Source of the DNA: Eledone cirrhosa
Lineage: Eukaryota
Assembly: GCA_964016885.1 (NCBI GenBank)
Contig: OZ024740.1
Location: 146,940,001-147,004,000 of the forward strand
Direction: 5' to 3'
DNA length: 64,000 nucleotides
Within the stretch, counting starts at the first letter, position 1, and each line of letters starts with the position of its first letter. This document shows, piece after piece, positions 41,103-54,584 of this stretch. Under the pieces are notes generated by a model. The model was not told the DNA's origin. It saw only the letters and a list, made by a program, of their open reading frames with translations, and did not search any database. The position numbers were made by a program, and so were the translations under genes.

Positions 41103-41723
41103 CTTTTCTCATTAAAACTACAATCAGAACTTACTTCACTCATGACCTTTTCATACCTGATAAATATTTTCGCAATCCTTTGGTGTGTGTATCTCAAGCA
41201 TGTTCAGCTTTATAATATACAACAATATTGTAAAGAAAGCAATGTAGGTCAGTGTGGCCTAAAATGTAGGTCAGTCCTAAAACCCTATATAAATATTCAT
41301 TCTGTTTGATTTGGGTTAATTTTTAAAATTGGAAGATCCCCTAACATTTCAGCCCATCATGGCTCTTGAGGTTTATACAGTTTAGCTCAGTGCTTCTCAA
41401 ACTGTGGGTAATGATAACTCAACATTCAGGAGAATTCTTCATATGTTAAATATGTTGCTTATTGTGCTTATTTCCTTCTGGTGCCAGTGATCCACTTGCC
41501 TGGCTAACCTACTTTAGTGACATGCTCACCTCGCCCTTACGCTCACTATGAGCATATATGAGTGTAGGCCACACTGACCTACATTGCTTTCTTTACAATA
41601 TTGTTGTATATTATAAAGCTGAACATGCTTGAGATACACACACCAAAGGATTGCGAAAATATTTATCAGGTATGAAAAGGTCATGAGTGAAGTAAGTTCT
41701 GGTTGTAGTTTTAATGAGAAAAG
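41103..41723. repeat. Inverted repeat, about 158-bp arms (41103-41261 / 41565-41723)
   Basis: cttttctcattaaaactacaa..gtcagtgtggccta versus taggccacactgac..ttgtagttttaatgagaaaag. Confidence 0.9.
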
Positions 41724-41794
41724 GTTGAGTGGACAAGTGCTTGGTAGATACTTCTGTACATATATATATATCGATATTATATGTACAGATTAAA

Positions 41795-41844
41795 GTTTAA
41801 GCAAAGAATCGCTGCTTTCACCCTTTTACGAGATCTTCTGAAAT
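41795..41844 (-). ncRNA. Hammerhead-like motif with a variant core (CAGAAGA); relatives at about 12578-12626 (+) and 26128-26165 (-)
   Basis: Minus strand: TTT-CAGAAGA-TCTC GTAAAA GGGT-GAAA-GCA..TGC-TT-AAAC. Confidence 0.4.
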
Positions 41845-42589
41845 ACATATATATTTACTTGTTTCAGTCACTAGACAGCAGTCATGCTGGGGCACTACTT
41901 TTTGTAGGGTTTAAAAAATGTGTCCCACAAATATCATTATGGTGGCAAGATTTGTGGAAGATGTACACAGAAAAATTGCAAAAATTTAATTTATATAAAA
42001 ATAGATAAGTACGTTGTCAAACACAATGTATTTTGTTGATGTGAAATATAAATGTGAGAAAGTGGAAACAATGGATAAAAATGGATCGTGTCACACATAT
42101 TGAATAAGGTAAAAGAAAGGTGGATATAGTTGATTACAGACTCATGTAAGGAATTTAATTGAAGAACAATGTAACCAATAGTACTTATAGTTTCATCATC
42201 ATCATCATCATCATCAGGTTTAGCGTCCGTGTTCCACGCTTGCATGGGTTTGGACGGGGGTTTTCCCACTTGAGGCAAGAGTGGTTGTCTTGCTCGCATA
42301 GGACTGTCTGGCGGGTTTTTGTATATTTATATTTAAACCTTTTGATACTAAACCCCCATTAGCTTTAAAACTGCTTGTTTAAAAGTGTTTATATATATGT
42401 CTAAATACAGTCCATCATAATTTCATGTAAGAAACTTGGTTTTGTTCCAACATCAGCTTAATGATGAGAAACTTATTTATAATTACATAATTCAATAATT
42501 TTTGCTAACACAAGCTAGCAATAGTTTCCACAGACACTGATTAAAATATTTTATGCATTATAGTGGAAGAGCAACAGAGATTATGAAAG

Positions 42590-43053
42590 ATATGTGTGAG
42601 GAGCGCGATGCTGCATGGTAGTGAGACATGGGCAGCAACCGCAGAAGATATGCGACGGCTGGAGAGAAATGAGGCAAGCATGCTCCATTGGATGTGCAGT
42701 GTAAATGTGCGTGAACGACCCAGCATAAATGTGTTGAGAGAGAAACTGTCTGAGAGGGATAGAATGTAGTGTACGGGAGAGGAGACTGAGGTGGTATGGA
42801 CATGTGATGCGCATGGAGGATGACCGATGGGTGAAGAAGTGCCAGGAAATGCCAGTTGAAGGAAGACGTGGTAGAGGTAGACCACGAAAAACATGGGCGG
42901 AGGTGGTGAGAACAGACCTCAGATCATTGAAGCTCACAGTGGAGATGACGAGGGACCGTGACGAGTGGAGAGATGCTGTGCTGAATAAGACCCGTCCCAC
43001 CCTTGCAAGCAGGGAAAAGCGGATGTAAAATGATGATGATGATGATGATGATC
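42590..43053 (+). mobile_element. RTE-like LINE 3' fragment with (GAT)n tail
   Basis: AMLHGSETWA, RRLRWYGHVMRME, GRRGRGRPRKTW; ends atgatgatgatg. Confidence 0.85.
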
Positions 43054-43709
43054 ACTATAAATGGATTAAGGTAACTGAAATCATACATCTTAAGTTAATA
43101 CAACCATGGTAAATAACATAATCACAGACATATTGTGTGTATATATATATACATATATTCAAAAAACAAAAGACCAATTCATTCTTTAATTTCTACGTCC
43201 GTTTCAATACGGTTTCAATATTACTTGCATTTGCAAACAAATGAAAATCATTAATTATCAATTATTCACACCATACATAATACATATAACTGCATTTCTT
43301 CAGGAAATGTGAGAAGGAACAAAGTTTGCCAAATTCAAATAGTAACAAGAATAGACTTCATATCAATCACTGAGCGTAAAGCAAACAATTAAATATAAAA
43401 AAACATATTTTGTCCATGGAGTAGTTGGAATGTGCAAAATTATAGGTTGAGGTAAAAAGCATTACATAATCATTTACAATGCTATCAATTATTTTTGCTT
43501 ATACGGTTAGAATAATATTTATTCTAAGACTTGCAGGAATGGAAATTATTTAAGAGGCAGCAGTAAACAGGTTGATTCAGTTAATGTCACTTGTCAAACA
43601 ATTGTCCTGATTTATAGTGTACCAAATCATTCTTAGAATTATCTAAAGAATTAATTAAGATACAGTTTGAGTTGTTTATTTAGGGGCGTGTTTAATGATG
43701 TATTATGTT

Positions 43710-43923
43710 CTAGGTTAACTTTGCCTTTCATCCTTACGGAGTCGATAAAACAAAGTACCAGTAATGCACTGGGATAATTGCTGGCCTTGTGCCAAAAGTA
43801 GAAACAATTATGTTAATTATAGTTTTTAATAATTTTAAATAATTATTTTTATTTTTACGATGGAATAGCATAAGTGGAATTAATACTACGAATGAGCTAA
43901 CATATGTTTGTATATATACACAC

Positions 43924-43983
<60 letters not shown>

Positions 43984-44565
43984 TCGTGTATATATATATA
44001 TATATATATATAGACATATTTATACATATATATATGCACATAGACATACATTCCCATGTATCACATAATGTAATATACAATATATAACCTTGTACAATAT
44101 ATAATAAAATATCATAATGCAGCATAACATCTCATATAGCAAAACATTGGCAGTATCGGTAGAGAGTCGGACGCCATGCTTTGACGGATAGAGTTATGGC
44201 CCTTGCCATTCTGAGTTCAAATCCCGCCGAGGTTAACTTTGCCTTTCATCCTTACGGGGTCGATAAAATAAAGTACCAGTAATGCACTGGGTAATTGCTG
44301 GCCTTGTGCCAAAAGTAGAAACAATTATATAATGTTATATGATATAACTTATTATATCATTTTATTATTCCATAGGGCAATGGATTGGCAGTATCGGTGG
44401 AGCATCAGACATCATCCTTTGCAGTACAGAGTTATGACCCTTTATGTTCTGAATTTAAATCCCGCCAAGGTTGGCTTAGCCTATCATCCTTACAGGGTCG
44501 ATAAAATAAGCACCAGTAATGCACTGGGGGTATTTGCTGGCGTTGTGCCAAAAGTATAAACTATT
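43710..44565 (+). mobile_element. Cluster of three tRNA-derived SINE copies (about 43710-43810, 44148-44328, 44375-44565); another at 36587-36685
   Basis: gagttcaaatcccgccgaggttaactttgcctttcatccttacggggtcgataaaataaagtaccagt (B-box GTTCAAATCC). Confidence 0.8.
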
Positions 44566-44959
44566 ATTATATTATTTCATGATTCTATTTCACTATAACA
44601 TAGGTAATATTTGGCCATATAAAACTTTACTTTAACTACTATGGGATGTATATTTAGGTCTAATTGCTACCTGTAATTTTATAAGTTAAAATTGATATTT
44701 AGACATAGATTCTAATAAGATTGAGGTCAGATTATCATTAAAATACAATTATATTGCATGTAATTTCAGAATATATAGAAAGAATACATCCATAAGCATT
44801 TTAAAAAGTATGTTTATATAATTCACACACATATACATACACTCACGTATAGGCACATACTCATACATGTCTACCCATATGCATTTTAAGATGTACAAGT
44901 GTATACAATTTATGTGGGCATAATACATAGTGTGTGTGTGTGGAGAAATTATTTCTAGG

Positions 44960-47080
44960 TTATATTGGAAAGAAGGAAGACGAGAATGATTTTTCCTATA
45001 TAGGATGTATCAATTATTGTATTTAAGTAGAAGGACCAGCGGTGCAAGTTAAAGGTAGTATAATAAGTAAGGCAATCAAAGATATGAAGACAGGCAAGGC
45101 AGCCGGCCTTCGGAAGAGATAGTTGCTGAGATGTTGAAGGCATCTAGAATGGTGGGACATACTATGATCAGCCGGATAGTAAACCAAGTAATACAGAATG
45201 GGGTCATACCAAAAGACTGGCATAGCAGCATCATCATTAACTGCTACAAGGGTAACGGTGATGCTCTAGATAGGGGAAACTATAGAGGTATTAAGTTAGT
45301 TGACCAGGTCATGAAGGTCACAGAAAGAGTTATAGCGCAACTAATCAGAGAGCGAATTGAACTAGATGAAATGCAGTTTGGGTTTGTGTCAGGTAAAAGT
45401 ACCACAGACACTCTTTTCCTTGTACGGCAACTACAGGAGAAGTACCTAGCTAAAAGTAAACCCCTCTACTTAACTTTTGTAGACCTGGAGAAAGCCTTTG
45501 ACAGAGTCCCCCGTTCCATTATCTGGTGGGCTCTTAGAAAACTAGGTGTAGATGAATGGCTTGTGAGAGCTATACAAGCCATGTATAATGAAATAGTCAG
45601 TAAGATTAGAATTAACAATGAATATAGTGAAGAATTTAGTGTAAAAGTTGGTGTTCATCAAGGCTCTGTCCTTAGCCCCCCTCCTATTTATTATTGCCCT
45701 TCAGGCTATAACGGAGGAGTTTAAGACAGGCTGCCCATGGGAACTTCTATACGCAGATGATCTAATTCTCATAGCTGAATTGATGGCTGAACTAGAGAAG
45801 AAATTCCAAACATGGAAGCATGGCCTAGAATCAAAAGGCCTTAAAGTTAATTTGTCTGAGACTAAAGTTCTAGTATGTAGAAAGGAAAATAGGGCACAGG
45901 TGCCGTCTTGGAAATGGCCATGCTCAGTGTGTAGGAAAGGAGTAGGTAAAAATTCCATTTTATGTCCCAACTGCAAACTATGGGTGCATAAAAGATGTAG
46001 TGGGATCACAGGTAAACTATCTAAGAACGTAGATTTTTATGTGGCCGATGCTCAGGTGCAATAAGTAGCAAGTGCCCACAGGATACTAGCTCCTTCTATT
46101 GCCCATATGGTTCTTTCTGTTACCTGGGTGACAAAATCAGCAGTCATGGAGGGTGCTCTGAAAGTACAGTAGCCAGAGTCAGAATGGGATGGAAAAAGTT
46201 CAGAGAGCTTATACCGCTGTTAGCCACAAAAGGTTTCTCTCTAAAAATGAAAGGCAGATTGTATGATGCCTGTATACGAACAGCAATGCTACATGGCAGT
46301 GAGACATGGGCATTGTGTGCAGAGGACCTGTGCAGATTGGAAAGGAATGAAGCATGCATGCTCCGTTGGATGTGTAATAGTAATATACGCGAACAGGAAA
46401 ACATAAATGAACTAAGTGAGAAATTAGGAATAAGAGGGATCAGATGCTGTTTACTTGAGAGAAGACTACGTTGGTATGGTCATGCGCATGAAAGACGACA
46501 GCTGTATAAAAAAGTGCAGGGTGATCAAAATTGATGGAATTTACGGAGTAGGTAGACCCAGAAAAACCTGGGACGATTTGAAAAATTCCGACCTTACACA
46601 CTTGCACCTCTCTAAGACAATGTCACTGGACCGAGATCTTTAGTGCTACACAGTAATACAGAAGACCCTCCTTGCCTATGTACAAAGCAAAACCTACAGT
46701 CAGTAGGCACCTCTTAACCAAATATACACGCCCAATCCACTACCCCTACTCCCACTCCTACCAACACCACCCTCTCTCTGTAAAGTTGGTACCACAACAT
46801 CCAGTCCAAATTAATGAGAGAATGAGATCAAGTAGGTGTCATGACAAAAAAACACACAGTCCACGCTGTAATGTGGCTTTGTAGGTAACACGGTAAATAG
46901 TTCCCAGTCCACACTGTAAATGTGGTTGGTGTTAGGAAGGGTATCCAGCCATAGAAAACCTGCCAGATAGTCCTATACAAGCAAGATACGGTCACCCAAC
47001 CAACATTGCCTCAAATTGGGACAACTCCCATCTAACCCATGCTAGCGTGGAAAATAGACATTAAAAAAATAATGATGATC
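44960..47080 (+). mobile_element. RTE-clade LINE, 5'-truncated, frameshifted RT with an inserted PHD-like Cys/His finger and 3' UTR
   Basis: NYRGIKL, MQFGF, FVDLEKAFDRVP, GVHQGSVLSP, LLYADDL, CSVCRKGVGKNSILCPNCKLWVHKRC, MLHGSETW, RRLRWYGH, GRPRKTW. Confidence 0.9.
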
Positions 47081-47519
47081 AAGTCTTAGGGTTAGAACTT
47101 GTTGAAGGAAAATAAGGATTAAGACTAGTGGGTTATAGTTAAAGTTGATTTTACAATAATATTAAAATTATAAAAAAATTTGGCTATTGGGTTGAAAATT
47201 CTTAGTGAATAAGATAGAAATCAGTATGGCTTTAGTGGAGGGGAGGCATTATTATGTCAAAAATTAATCTATAAACAATATATATAAAAATATATAAAAT
47301 AAAAAATAATTTACAATATGTGTGTGTGCGCGCGTGCGTACGTGCGTGTATATATATATATAAATAAACACATTTGTATCTTAGCATAACAGATTGCATA
47401 ATTGATTAAAACTAGTGAAGTTATATCAAATTTACCTATAGATATGTTAAACCATTACATGGTTAATGTTTAGATAGTACCTTTAGTTTAATATTTACTA
47501 TAATAGAAAGATTGAGAAT

Positions 47520-48400
47520 ATTTATGTGGTCATGTGGAAAGAATCTAAGATTTTTTGTTAAGGATTACTAGTCTGGATTTGAAAATATAGAGGCATTCAG
47601 TAAGGCACAAGTTACACCTTTTGCTTCCAGGCTGGTAAGAGTGGATGACTTTCAGGATCTTCCAATTAATATAGTACTCAGTATTGACCTTTTTTAGGTC
47701 CCATATATATGGAGCTAATGAGGTTGTGCTACTAAGTGTTTTCTCTCTAAAAGAGTGGCAGTGCATATAATATCTAGATTTAAAACTATTCAAGGTGACC
47801 CCATTTATATATATTTATATATATATAATTAGTATGTGTGGACATAGCACATTGGTAAACTATCTAATCAGTTAGACAACTGTCATTAAGAGGGCAGGTA
47901 TTAGGGTTTCTACAAGATATTGTGTTATTATTGCAGTTAGAATGCAGGTGATGAACAATGTGTAAAAGTTTTGGATATTGTCCGTCAAGCCACCTCTAGC
48001 TTCTAGATTACCTGTGTTAGTTCTATTATTTGATGTTAGTACATTTCTTTTATTTTCTTATTATTGCTGGATAATTAGTAGTTAGCTATATTTGGAGTGT
48101 TAGAGTAAGATATTTTTACAGTATTCTTATTAAGTATTGTTTAACAATGGTGGGCTGGAAGGAAATTTTTTGTTAAGATATTAAAAAGCAGTTTAGGTGT
48201 ATTAGAGGCTATGTAATTTATTTCCTGTGAGTTGACTTACACATTCTTGGTGGTAGATAATCTGGTTTAGGTTCTAACAGGTTATCTTTAAGAGTATTAT
48301 GCTTAGGTTCTTTATTGTTAATAAACACCTTAAATTTATGTCTAGTTTTGTCTACTTTGGATGTGTTTGTTGTCTAGGTTATTACAGTGGTTGTTTACTT
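47520..48400 (-). mobile_element. Heavily decayed Penelope-like fragment (type of 33272-34545)
   Basis: FKSRYYMHCHSF..TSLAPYIWDLK..INWKIL..YQPGSKRCNLCLTE..LNKKS. The boundary towards 48400 is approximate. Confidence 0.7.
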
Positions 48401-48467
48401 TATTATTGTATTATTCTTTTTATGGCTACTATTATTGTACTCACAGTCATTAATATTTGTACTGTCA

Positions 48468-48655
48468 AGGGCGGTGGATTGGCAGTATCAGTAAAGGTTC
48501 GGACGCCATGCTTTCCAGCATAGTTATGTCCCTTTACGGACTGAGTTCAAATCCCGCTGAGGTTAACTTTGCCTTTCATCCTTGCGGGGTCGATAAAATA
48601 AAGTACCAGTAATACACTGGATAATTGCTGGCCTTGTGCCAAAAGTGGAACCAAT
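48468..48655 (+). mobile_element. tRNA-derived SINE, near full length
   Basis: GGCGGTGGATTGGCAGTATC (A-box-like), GAGTTCAAATCC (B-box) and the conserved core. Confidence 0.8.
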
Positions 48656-48939
48656 TAATATTTGTACTGTTACTATTTCTATGTGCTTTATGTGTGGTCT
48701 ATTACTTTCATATTCACTGGGTGTGTGGTTATCATTACACTTATTAATTATTTTCGCATTTTTATCAAGAAGTGAAGGATTGTTTGGTTTATGTATGTTT
48801 TATTATTATTGTTCAAATTGGGTCCTTGTATAGTTATTCTAAGTGGCTGACATATACTGTTATAAATTATGTTTTGTGTATGTATGTTGCTAAGTGATTG
48901 TCTTTTATTTCACATTACAACAGTTTACTCAGCTGTAGA

Positions 48940-49190
48940 AATGAGATGATAGGACTGGGGTCCATATCATTCCACTGCAAAGTGGTTGTGGAGGTACCAC
49001 AGCAAAAAAGCACCCAGCCGACACTGTAAAGTGGACGTGGAGGTACCACGGAAAAAAAAAGCCCCCAGCACTCACTGTAAATGAGGTTGGTGTTAGGAAG
49101 GGCATCCAGCTGTAGAAATCAAGCCAAAATCAGTTCCCATCCCACCCTTGCAAGCAGGGAAAAGTGGACATAAAATTATGATGATGATGA
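48940..49190 (+). mobile_element. RTE-tail SINE or RTE 3' UTR fragment; similar at 50780-51092 and 53590-53875
   Basis: Repeated cacactgtaaagtgg units, gttaggaagggcatccagctgtagaaa and (GAT)n tail. Confidence 0.75.
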
Positions 49191-49339
49191 TACACAAAAC
49201 ATAACTTATAACAGTATATATCAGCCACTTATATACATATATACACAAAATATAGGTTATAACAATATATATATATATACAGTCAGTTAGAGACAAACAG
49301 CTGCACACACACACACACATATATATACATATATATATA

Positions 49340-50207
49340 CAGGGTGCGGACGATATTTGTTCGCAATTTTCAACTGCTAATTTTATGCAAATTTTTTTTC
49401 TTCCGTTGTCACTCTTGTCTTCATTAAAACAGTGACTACATTTCCATTATTTATTTTCAGAATAATTGATTATGAATAATTTTGAATCTCCAAATTTATG
49501 GAAGAGACACGGAGTTCTTCTTGGAATCCATGCTGGGAGGACAAATAAGACCAGAAGATCATCTCCCAGAACAACAGGTGGCTTGCTGTCTCATCCAAAG
49601 ACGTGCCCAGAGTCATGCAGACAAAGTTTCCAGCAACAACATTGGTCTTAGGGGTCGTCAGCAGTCAAGGTGACGTCATGCCACCTCACTTCTTCTCTGC
49701 GGGCCTCATGCTGAACACCGATGGCTACATCCGCATTCTGAGCGAGGTAGTAAAGCCCTGGATTGACCAGGAAGTTGCAGGTAGGCCGTACGTGTGGCAG
49801 CAAGACTCAGCGCCTTGCCATACCAGGCGAAAGACCCAAGCCTGGCTGTTAGAGAACTTCGTCAACCACACTTCACCCGACATCTGGCCTCCCAGTTCGC
49901 CTGACTGCAACCCCCTCGACTTCGCACAGTGGAACGAGACACCAACAGATCTAGTTGCAATACGAAAGATGATCTGAAGGCCAGGATCACAAGTGCTTTT
50001 AGGGGCATAAGTCGAGGGACAGTAAGCGGTTCCGAGGCCGCCTTGAGGCCGTCATCAAAGCCAATGGTGGGTTTATCGAGTGAGATCGAAAAAACAAGTC
50101 ATGAAGACAAACTGACCCAAGTTTGATAAATGAATCTTAAAAAATAAAACTACTGTATTATTTTTTCCTAGACAGTAATCTTGCGAACAAATATCGTTCG
50201 CACCCTG
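49340..50207 (+). mobile_element. Internally deleted maT-like (DD37D) Tc1/mariner transposon
   Basis: TIRs CAGGGTGCGGACGATATTTGTTCGCAA / TTGCGAACAAATATCGTTCGCACCCTG with TA flanks. WQQDSAPCH..WPPSSPDCNPLDF has 37 residues between the second and third D. Confidence 0.9.
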
Positions 50208-50359
50208 TATATATATATATCACAGCCTGTTTAGCTCAACGGTTAATAGTGCTCAGCCAGAAATTGTCTATAGGTGCATTTTACCCGATTTTGTAACCTA
50301 TTGTTTATAGCAATCGATTGTGGTTACAGTTATTTTCTATTTTTGAAATTTCTACATTT

Positions 50360-51092
50360 TCCATGGTTGGAAAGGAATGAAGCTTGCATGCTCTGATGGA
50401 TGTGTAATAGTAATATTCGTGAACGCAAATGCACAAACATACTGAGAGAGAAACTAAGCATAAGAGGAATCAGCTGTAGTGTGTAGGAGTGGAGATTGCA
50501 TTGGTAGGGACATGTATTGCGTATGAAGGATGACAAGCTGTATGAAAATGTGCAGAGTACTTAGAGTCAATGGAAGCCATAGAATGGGGAGACCCAAGAA
50601 GACTTGGGACAAGGTGATAAAAGTTTACCTTGCCTAGTTGCATCTCTCAAAGGCGATGATACAGGATCAAGATTTTTGGTGTTACGCAGTATTACATAAG
50701 ACCAGACTTCCCCCAAGCACAGGCTGAGACTGAATCATATAAATAGTATGCACCACACCAACCACTCCCATACATTTCCCATGAGGACAGGCTGAAGCCT
50801 CAAGCCCACATTGTAAAGTGGTCGTGATGGCATCACGGCAAAAAGCCCCCAGTCCACACTGTAAAGTGGTCATGTAGGTGTTACAGCAAAAATCACCCAG
50901 TCCACACTGTAAAGTTATCGTGTAGGAGTCACAACAAAAATCACCCAGCACTCACTGTAAATGAGGTTAGCACTAGGAAGGGCATCCAGCTGTAGAAACC
51001 AAGACATGGTCACCTGACTGGCATTGCTCACAACAGGATAACTTGTCTAACCTATGCCAGTGTGGAAAAATGGACATTAAACGGAGATGATG
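50360..51092 (+). mobile_element. Decayed RTE-like LINE 3' end
   Basis: LERNEACML..GRPKKTW remnants followed by the RTE 3' tail. Confidence 0.75.
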
Positions 51093-51683
51093 ATATATAT
51101 ATAAAGATGTAAGATGTAGAAATGAGATACATATAGTTATGTTAAGATGAATAAAATCCTTTTCATTAGCTAGCTCCAAAACATGCTACCTCTCGCAATT
51201 GCTGTTGCACCCATCATTGTTTTCCCCACATTTCCTGAGGAAAAGTCTCATTCACTCTCTTGATTAGAACCCAATCTTAGAAGTCACCACATGGGAGTGA
51301 TATTATAAAAGTTTGCTAAATGAAGAGAACGCATGGAATAATGAGTGTCTACCCCAAGCTGAGCCAATCACCTTATTTACCATACAACAGTATGGTAGAT
51401 AAGATGATTAAGAATATGAAAATCAAGAAAAGCAGTTAGCACTTCAGGGATTACTGCTGAGTTGGTTAAATTATCTGATGGAGCAGGACACTGGCTAGTC
51501 ATACATTAGCAAACCAGGTAATACAGAAAGCTGTCATATGACTAGCGTAATAGCACCATTGTGAACTGATATATATACACACACAAAATGTAATTTATAT
51601 TACTATATATAGTTACTTACATACACACTTAGCCATAAAATATATACATACAAACACACACATATACACAAAATTGTAATTTA

Positions 51684-51724
<41 letters not shown>

Positions 51725-52109
51725 ACTTGAATATGTAGATAACTATGCATTGTTTACAAGAGATAAACAAATATTATACATGCTATATGGATGAGAAAGC
51801 ATGGAAAAGTGGTAGGACTCGAATCAGGAACATCTGAAATTATATGAAAGATGAAATGAATTAAAGGTAAAGAAATATAAAATAGTTAAAGTTGAAATTT
51901 TAAAGTGGATAAGGTGTTAATAGAGCAGGGAAAATTGAAAGCCCCTCCACCTTTTGTCATGACTGTGAAGGCACATGGCTAGTACTGGACTCACTATTGT
52001 AGGATCGTGACTGATTCCTAGTTGGAAAAAACGAATTGCAACGAAAAGAGAATGTAGTTGAATGAATATAGTGCTGCATGGCAGAAATGAAAAATCAATG
52101 CTGCGAAAA

Positions 52110-52805
52110 CTGAGATGCTTGTCTTCCCAAGGAAGCCTGCACACTGCACACTAGATGTAAATGGAGCTCCACCGAAGCAGGTAAAGAAGTTCAAGTATCA
52201 TGGGGCCATGTTCATGAGTAATGGAAGGCAAGAGGCTGAATTAAGTAGAATAATTGCAGGAGCAGGTGCAGTAATGTGCCAGCTTCAGAATTCAGTAATC
52301 AGAAGAAGGGAGGTAGTCATAAAAGCCAAACTCACTATCTTCAGTTCAGTATTCGTGCCAACCTTTATGTTCATGAATCTTGGGTAATGACTGAAATAAT
52401 ACGATTAACAATACAAGCGGTGGAAATGGGGTTGCTCTGAATGGTCTTTGGAGTAACGTTACTTGATAAAGTATGTAACTTGGAGGTCAGAGAATCATTT
52501 CAGGTAGAGCCGCTACATCTCCGAATTGAGATATCACAGCTCCAATACTATGGGCATGAGGTTAGAACCTGTCAGGAAAGAGTTGCTGGACAGATTTTAT
52601 GGGCAAAACCAGCTGGCAAGAGACCCATGGGTTGATCCGAGCAAGATAGTTGGATAACATCCATGAGCTTAGACAGTCTTGCTTGGTCATCCAGCCGGAT
52701 CAGTTGGAGATAGTTGCTTCTGATAGGAACTGCTGGAAGGACTGCTTTGAAGACTCTGCCCCCACGATCCTTCCAGGATTAAGTGGGCAAAGGAGAAGAT
52801 GAATG
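52110..52805 (+). mobile_element. Decayed RTE-like LINE 3' fragment (second family)
   Basis: KQVKKFKYHG, AKLTIFSSVFVPT, QLQYYGH, GKRPMG remnants. Confidence 0.7.
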
Positions 52806-53132
52806 AAGTATAAAGGTTCAGGGTTTGATAATCAGTAAAGAGTAGAGTCGCAGTGAGTAAAGATCCTGTGGAAGTGGTATAGTAGTTTAGTAAATGTTGC
52901 TGGTAGGAACTATACAACCTGTGAATCAGATTCTTGTTAACTTTAAGTATTCTGTTTTACTGATTTCAGTCATTAAATTGCAGCCATTCTGGGTTACTGC
53001 CTTCATTTAATTGTTTATATTGACCCCAGTACTTATTTTGTCAAGTCTGGTATTTATTTTATTGATCCCTTTTTTGTCAAACAGCTATGTATATATATAT
53101 ATAAAATCAAAGATTAGTATGGTTCGTTGATT

Positions 53133-53174
<42 letters not shown>

Positions 53175-53432
53175 CTCATATATATATATTGTTATACATT
53201 TTTTTTTTTGGGGGGGGGGCATGTTGCCAATAAAAACACACGCACCTGTTGGTTTTCCCTTCAGTTTATTATGTTTCCAGTTGTTTAGTTGGTTTGATAA
53301 TCGGAAGGTTGTTTATATATTGTCAAAGCTCTTTCGTCACACATTCTGTAACCTCCTCAGTGACTAGGTTTTTATTTTGTGTGTCCCTCCTTTGTTCTGT
53401 CTTACACCATCTTGTTTTTGTATGTTGTGTGT
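53175..53432 (-). mobile_element. Hammerhead-family repeat (as 20645-21083); motif at 53322-53364
   Basis: Minus strand: GTCA-CTGAGGA-G-GTTACA GAATG TGTGAC-GAAA-GAGC-TT-TGAC. Confidence 0.7.
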
Positions 53433-54010
53433 AACAAACAAAAACAAGATGGCGTAGGGCAAGGAGTGGAGAGATCCAAGAAGACCTGGGATGAGGTGAT
53501 AAAAGCTGACCTTGCCCAATTGCACCTCTCAAAGGCGATGACACAGGAGCGTGACCTCTGGTGTTACACAGTAATACAGAAGACCCGACTTCCCATGGGT
53601 ACATCCCCTCCCACTGCAAAGTGTTCGTGGAGGTGTCACGACAAAAGAGTACCCTGTCCACACTATAAAGTGGTCATGTAGGCGCCACGGTAAAAGAGCA
53701 CCCAGTACTCACTGTAAATGAGGTTGGTGTTAGGAAGGGCATCCAGCTGTAGAAATCAAGCCAAAATCAGTTCCCGTATGGACAAGACATGGTCACTCGA
53801 CCTGGCATTGCCCACAACAGGACAACCTGTCTAACCCATGCTAGCATGGGAGAAGGACGTAAAATGGTGATGATATCTATATATATCGTAATTCTATTAT
53901 ATATACATACATTTTATCATCATCATCATTTTATGTTCATTTTAAAGGCTGACATGATTTTGATGGGTTGTTCTAGTCTGAGACTAGAAGGGTAAGTAAA
54001 TCACATCTCG

Positions 54011-54043
<33 letters not shown>

Positions 54044-54257
54044 GTACTGTTGTCTCCTAGAGACAGGATCAAAGCTTATGGCCATTAGAATATATATTAA
54101 AACATTTCTCTCTTTTGAAAAAATTAGAGTCTTTACCCTAATACTGGAAATTTTCAGAATGATCTATCCACTAATAAATTTACTATAAACATTTGAATCA
54201 AACCTATTTTTAGATAAGAGATAAATTGTGCAGAATTTAGAAAAATCTGTTTCATAC

Positions 54258-54419
54258 CATTAGGTTTACAGGATTTACAACAATGGGCTCTCATAGATTT
54301 CTTTTCACAGAATGATGGTACCAGTTGTAGAAGGTGTGTACAGTTATTTGGCTGGACATTTCCGTTTACCGTTACCACTTCGAACATAAGTTGCTGGCTG
54401 TCTCCAAATGGGCAACTCT
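54258..54419 (-). CDS. Internal host-gene exon encoding a cysteine-rich PLAC/ShKT-like module
   Basis: Minus strand: ttttccattttcctatatgttCAG| acceptor and G|GTATGA donor. 162 bp, phase 1-1, open frame: SCPFGDSQQLMFEVVTVNGNVQPNNCTHLLQLVPSFCEKKSMRAHCCKSCKPN. Confidence 0.7.
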
Positions 54420-54584
54420 CTGAACATATAGGAAAATGGAAAATAACCAATAAGTAGAAAGATAGGAAACATTTTCAAAAACATGATTTTCAGTTCAATG
54501 CCTTGTGAATTAAATTTTGTAGATAGAAACTACATAGAAGATGCTGTGGGTATGTGTGAGAAAGAGAGAGAGAAAATGAGATTG

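Noticed and set aside
44148-44240. tRNA gene
   Set aside because: Has A/B-box-like motifs but no cloverleaf and continues into a repeated SINE core.
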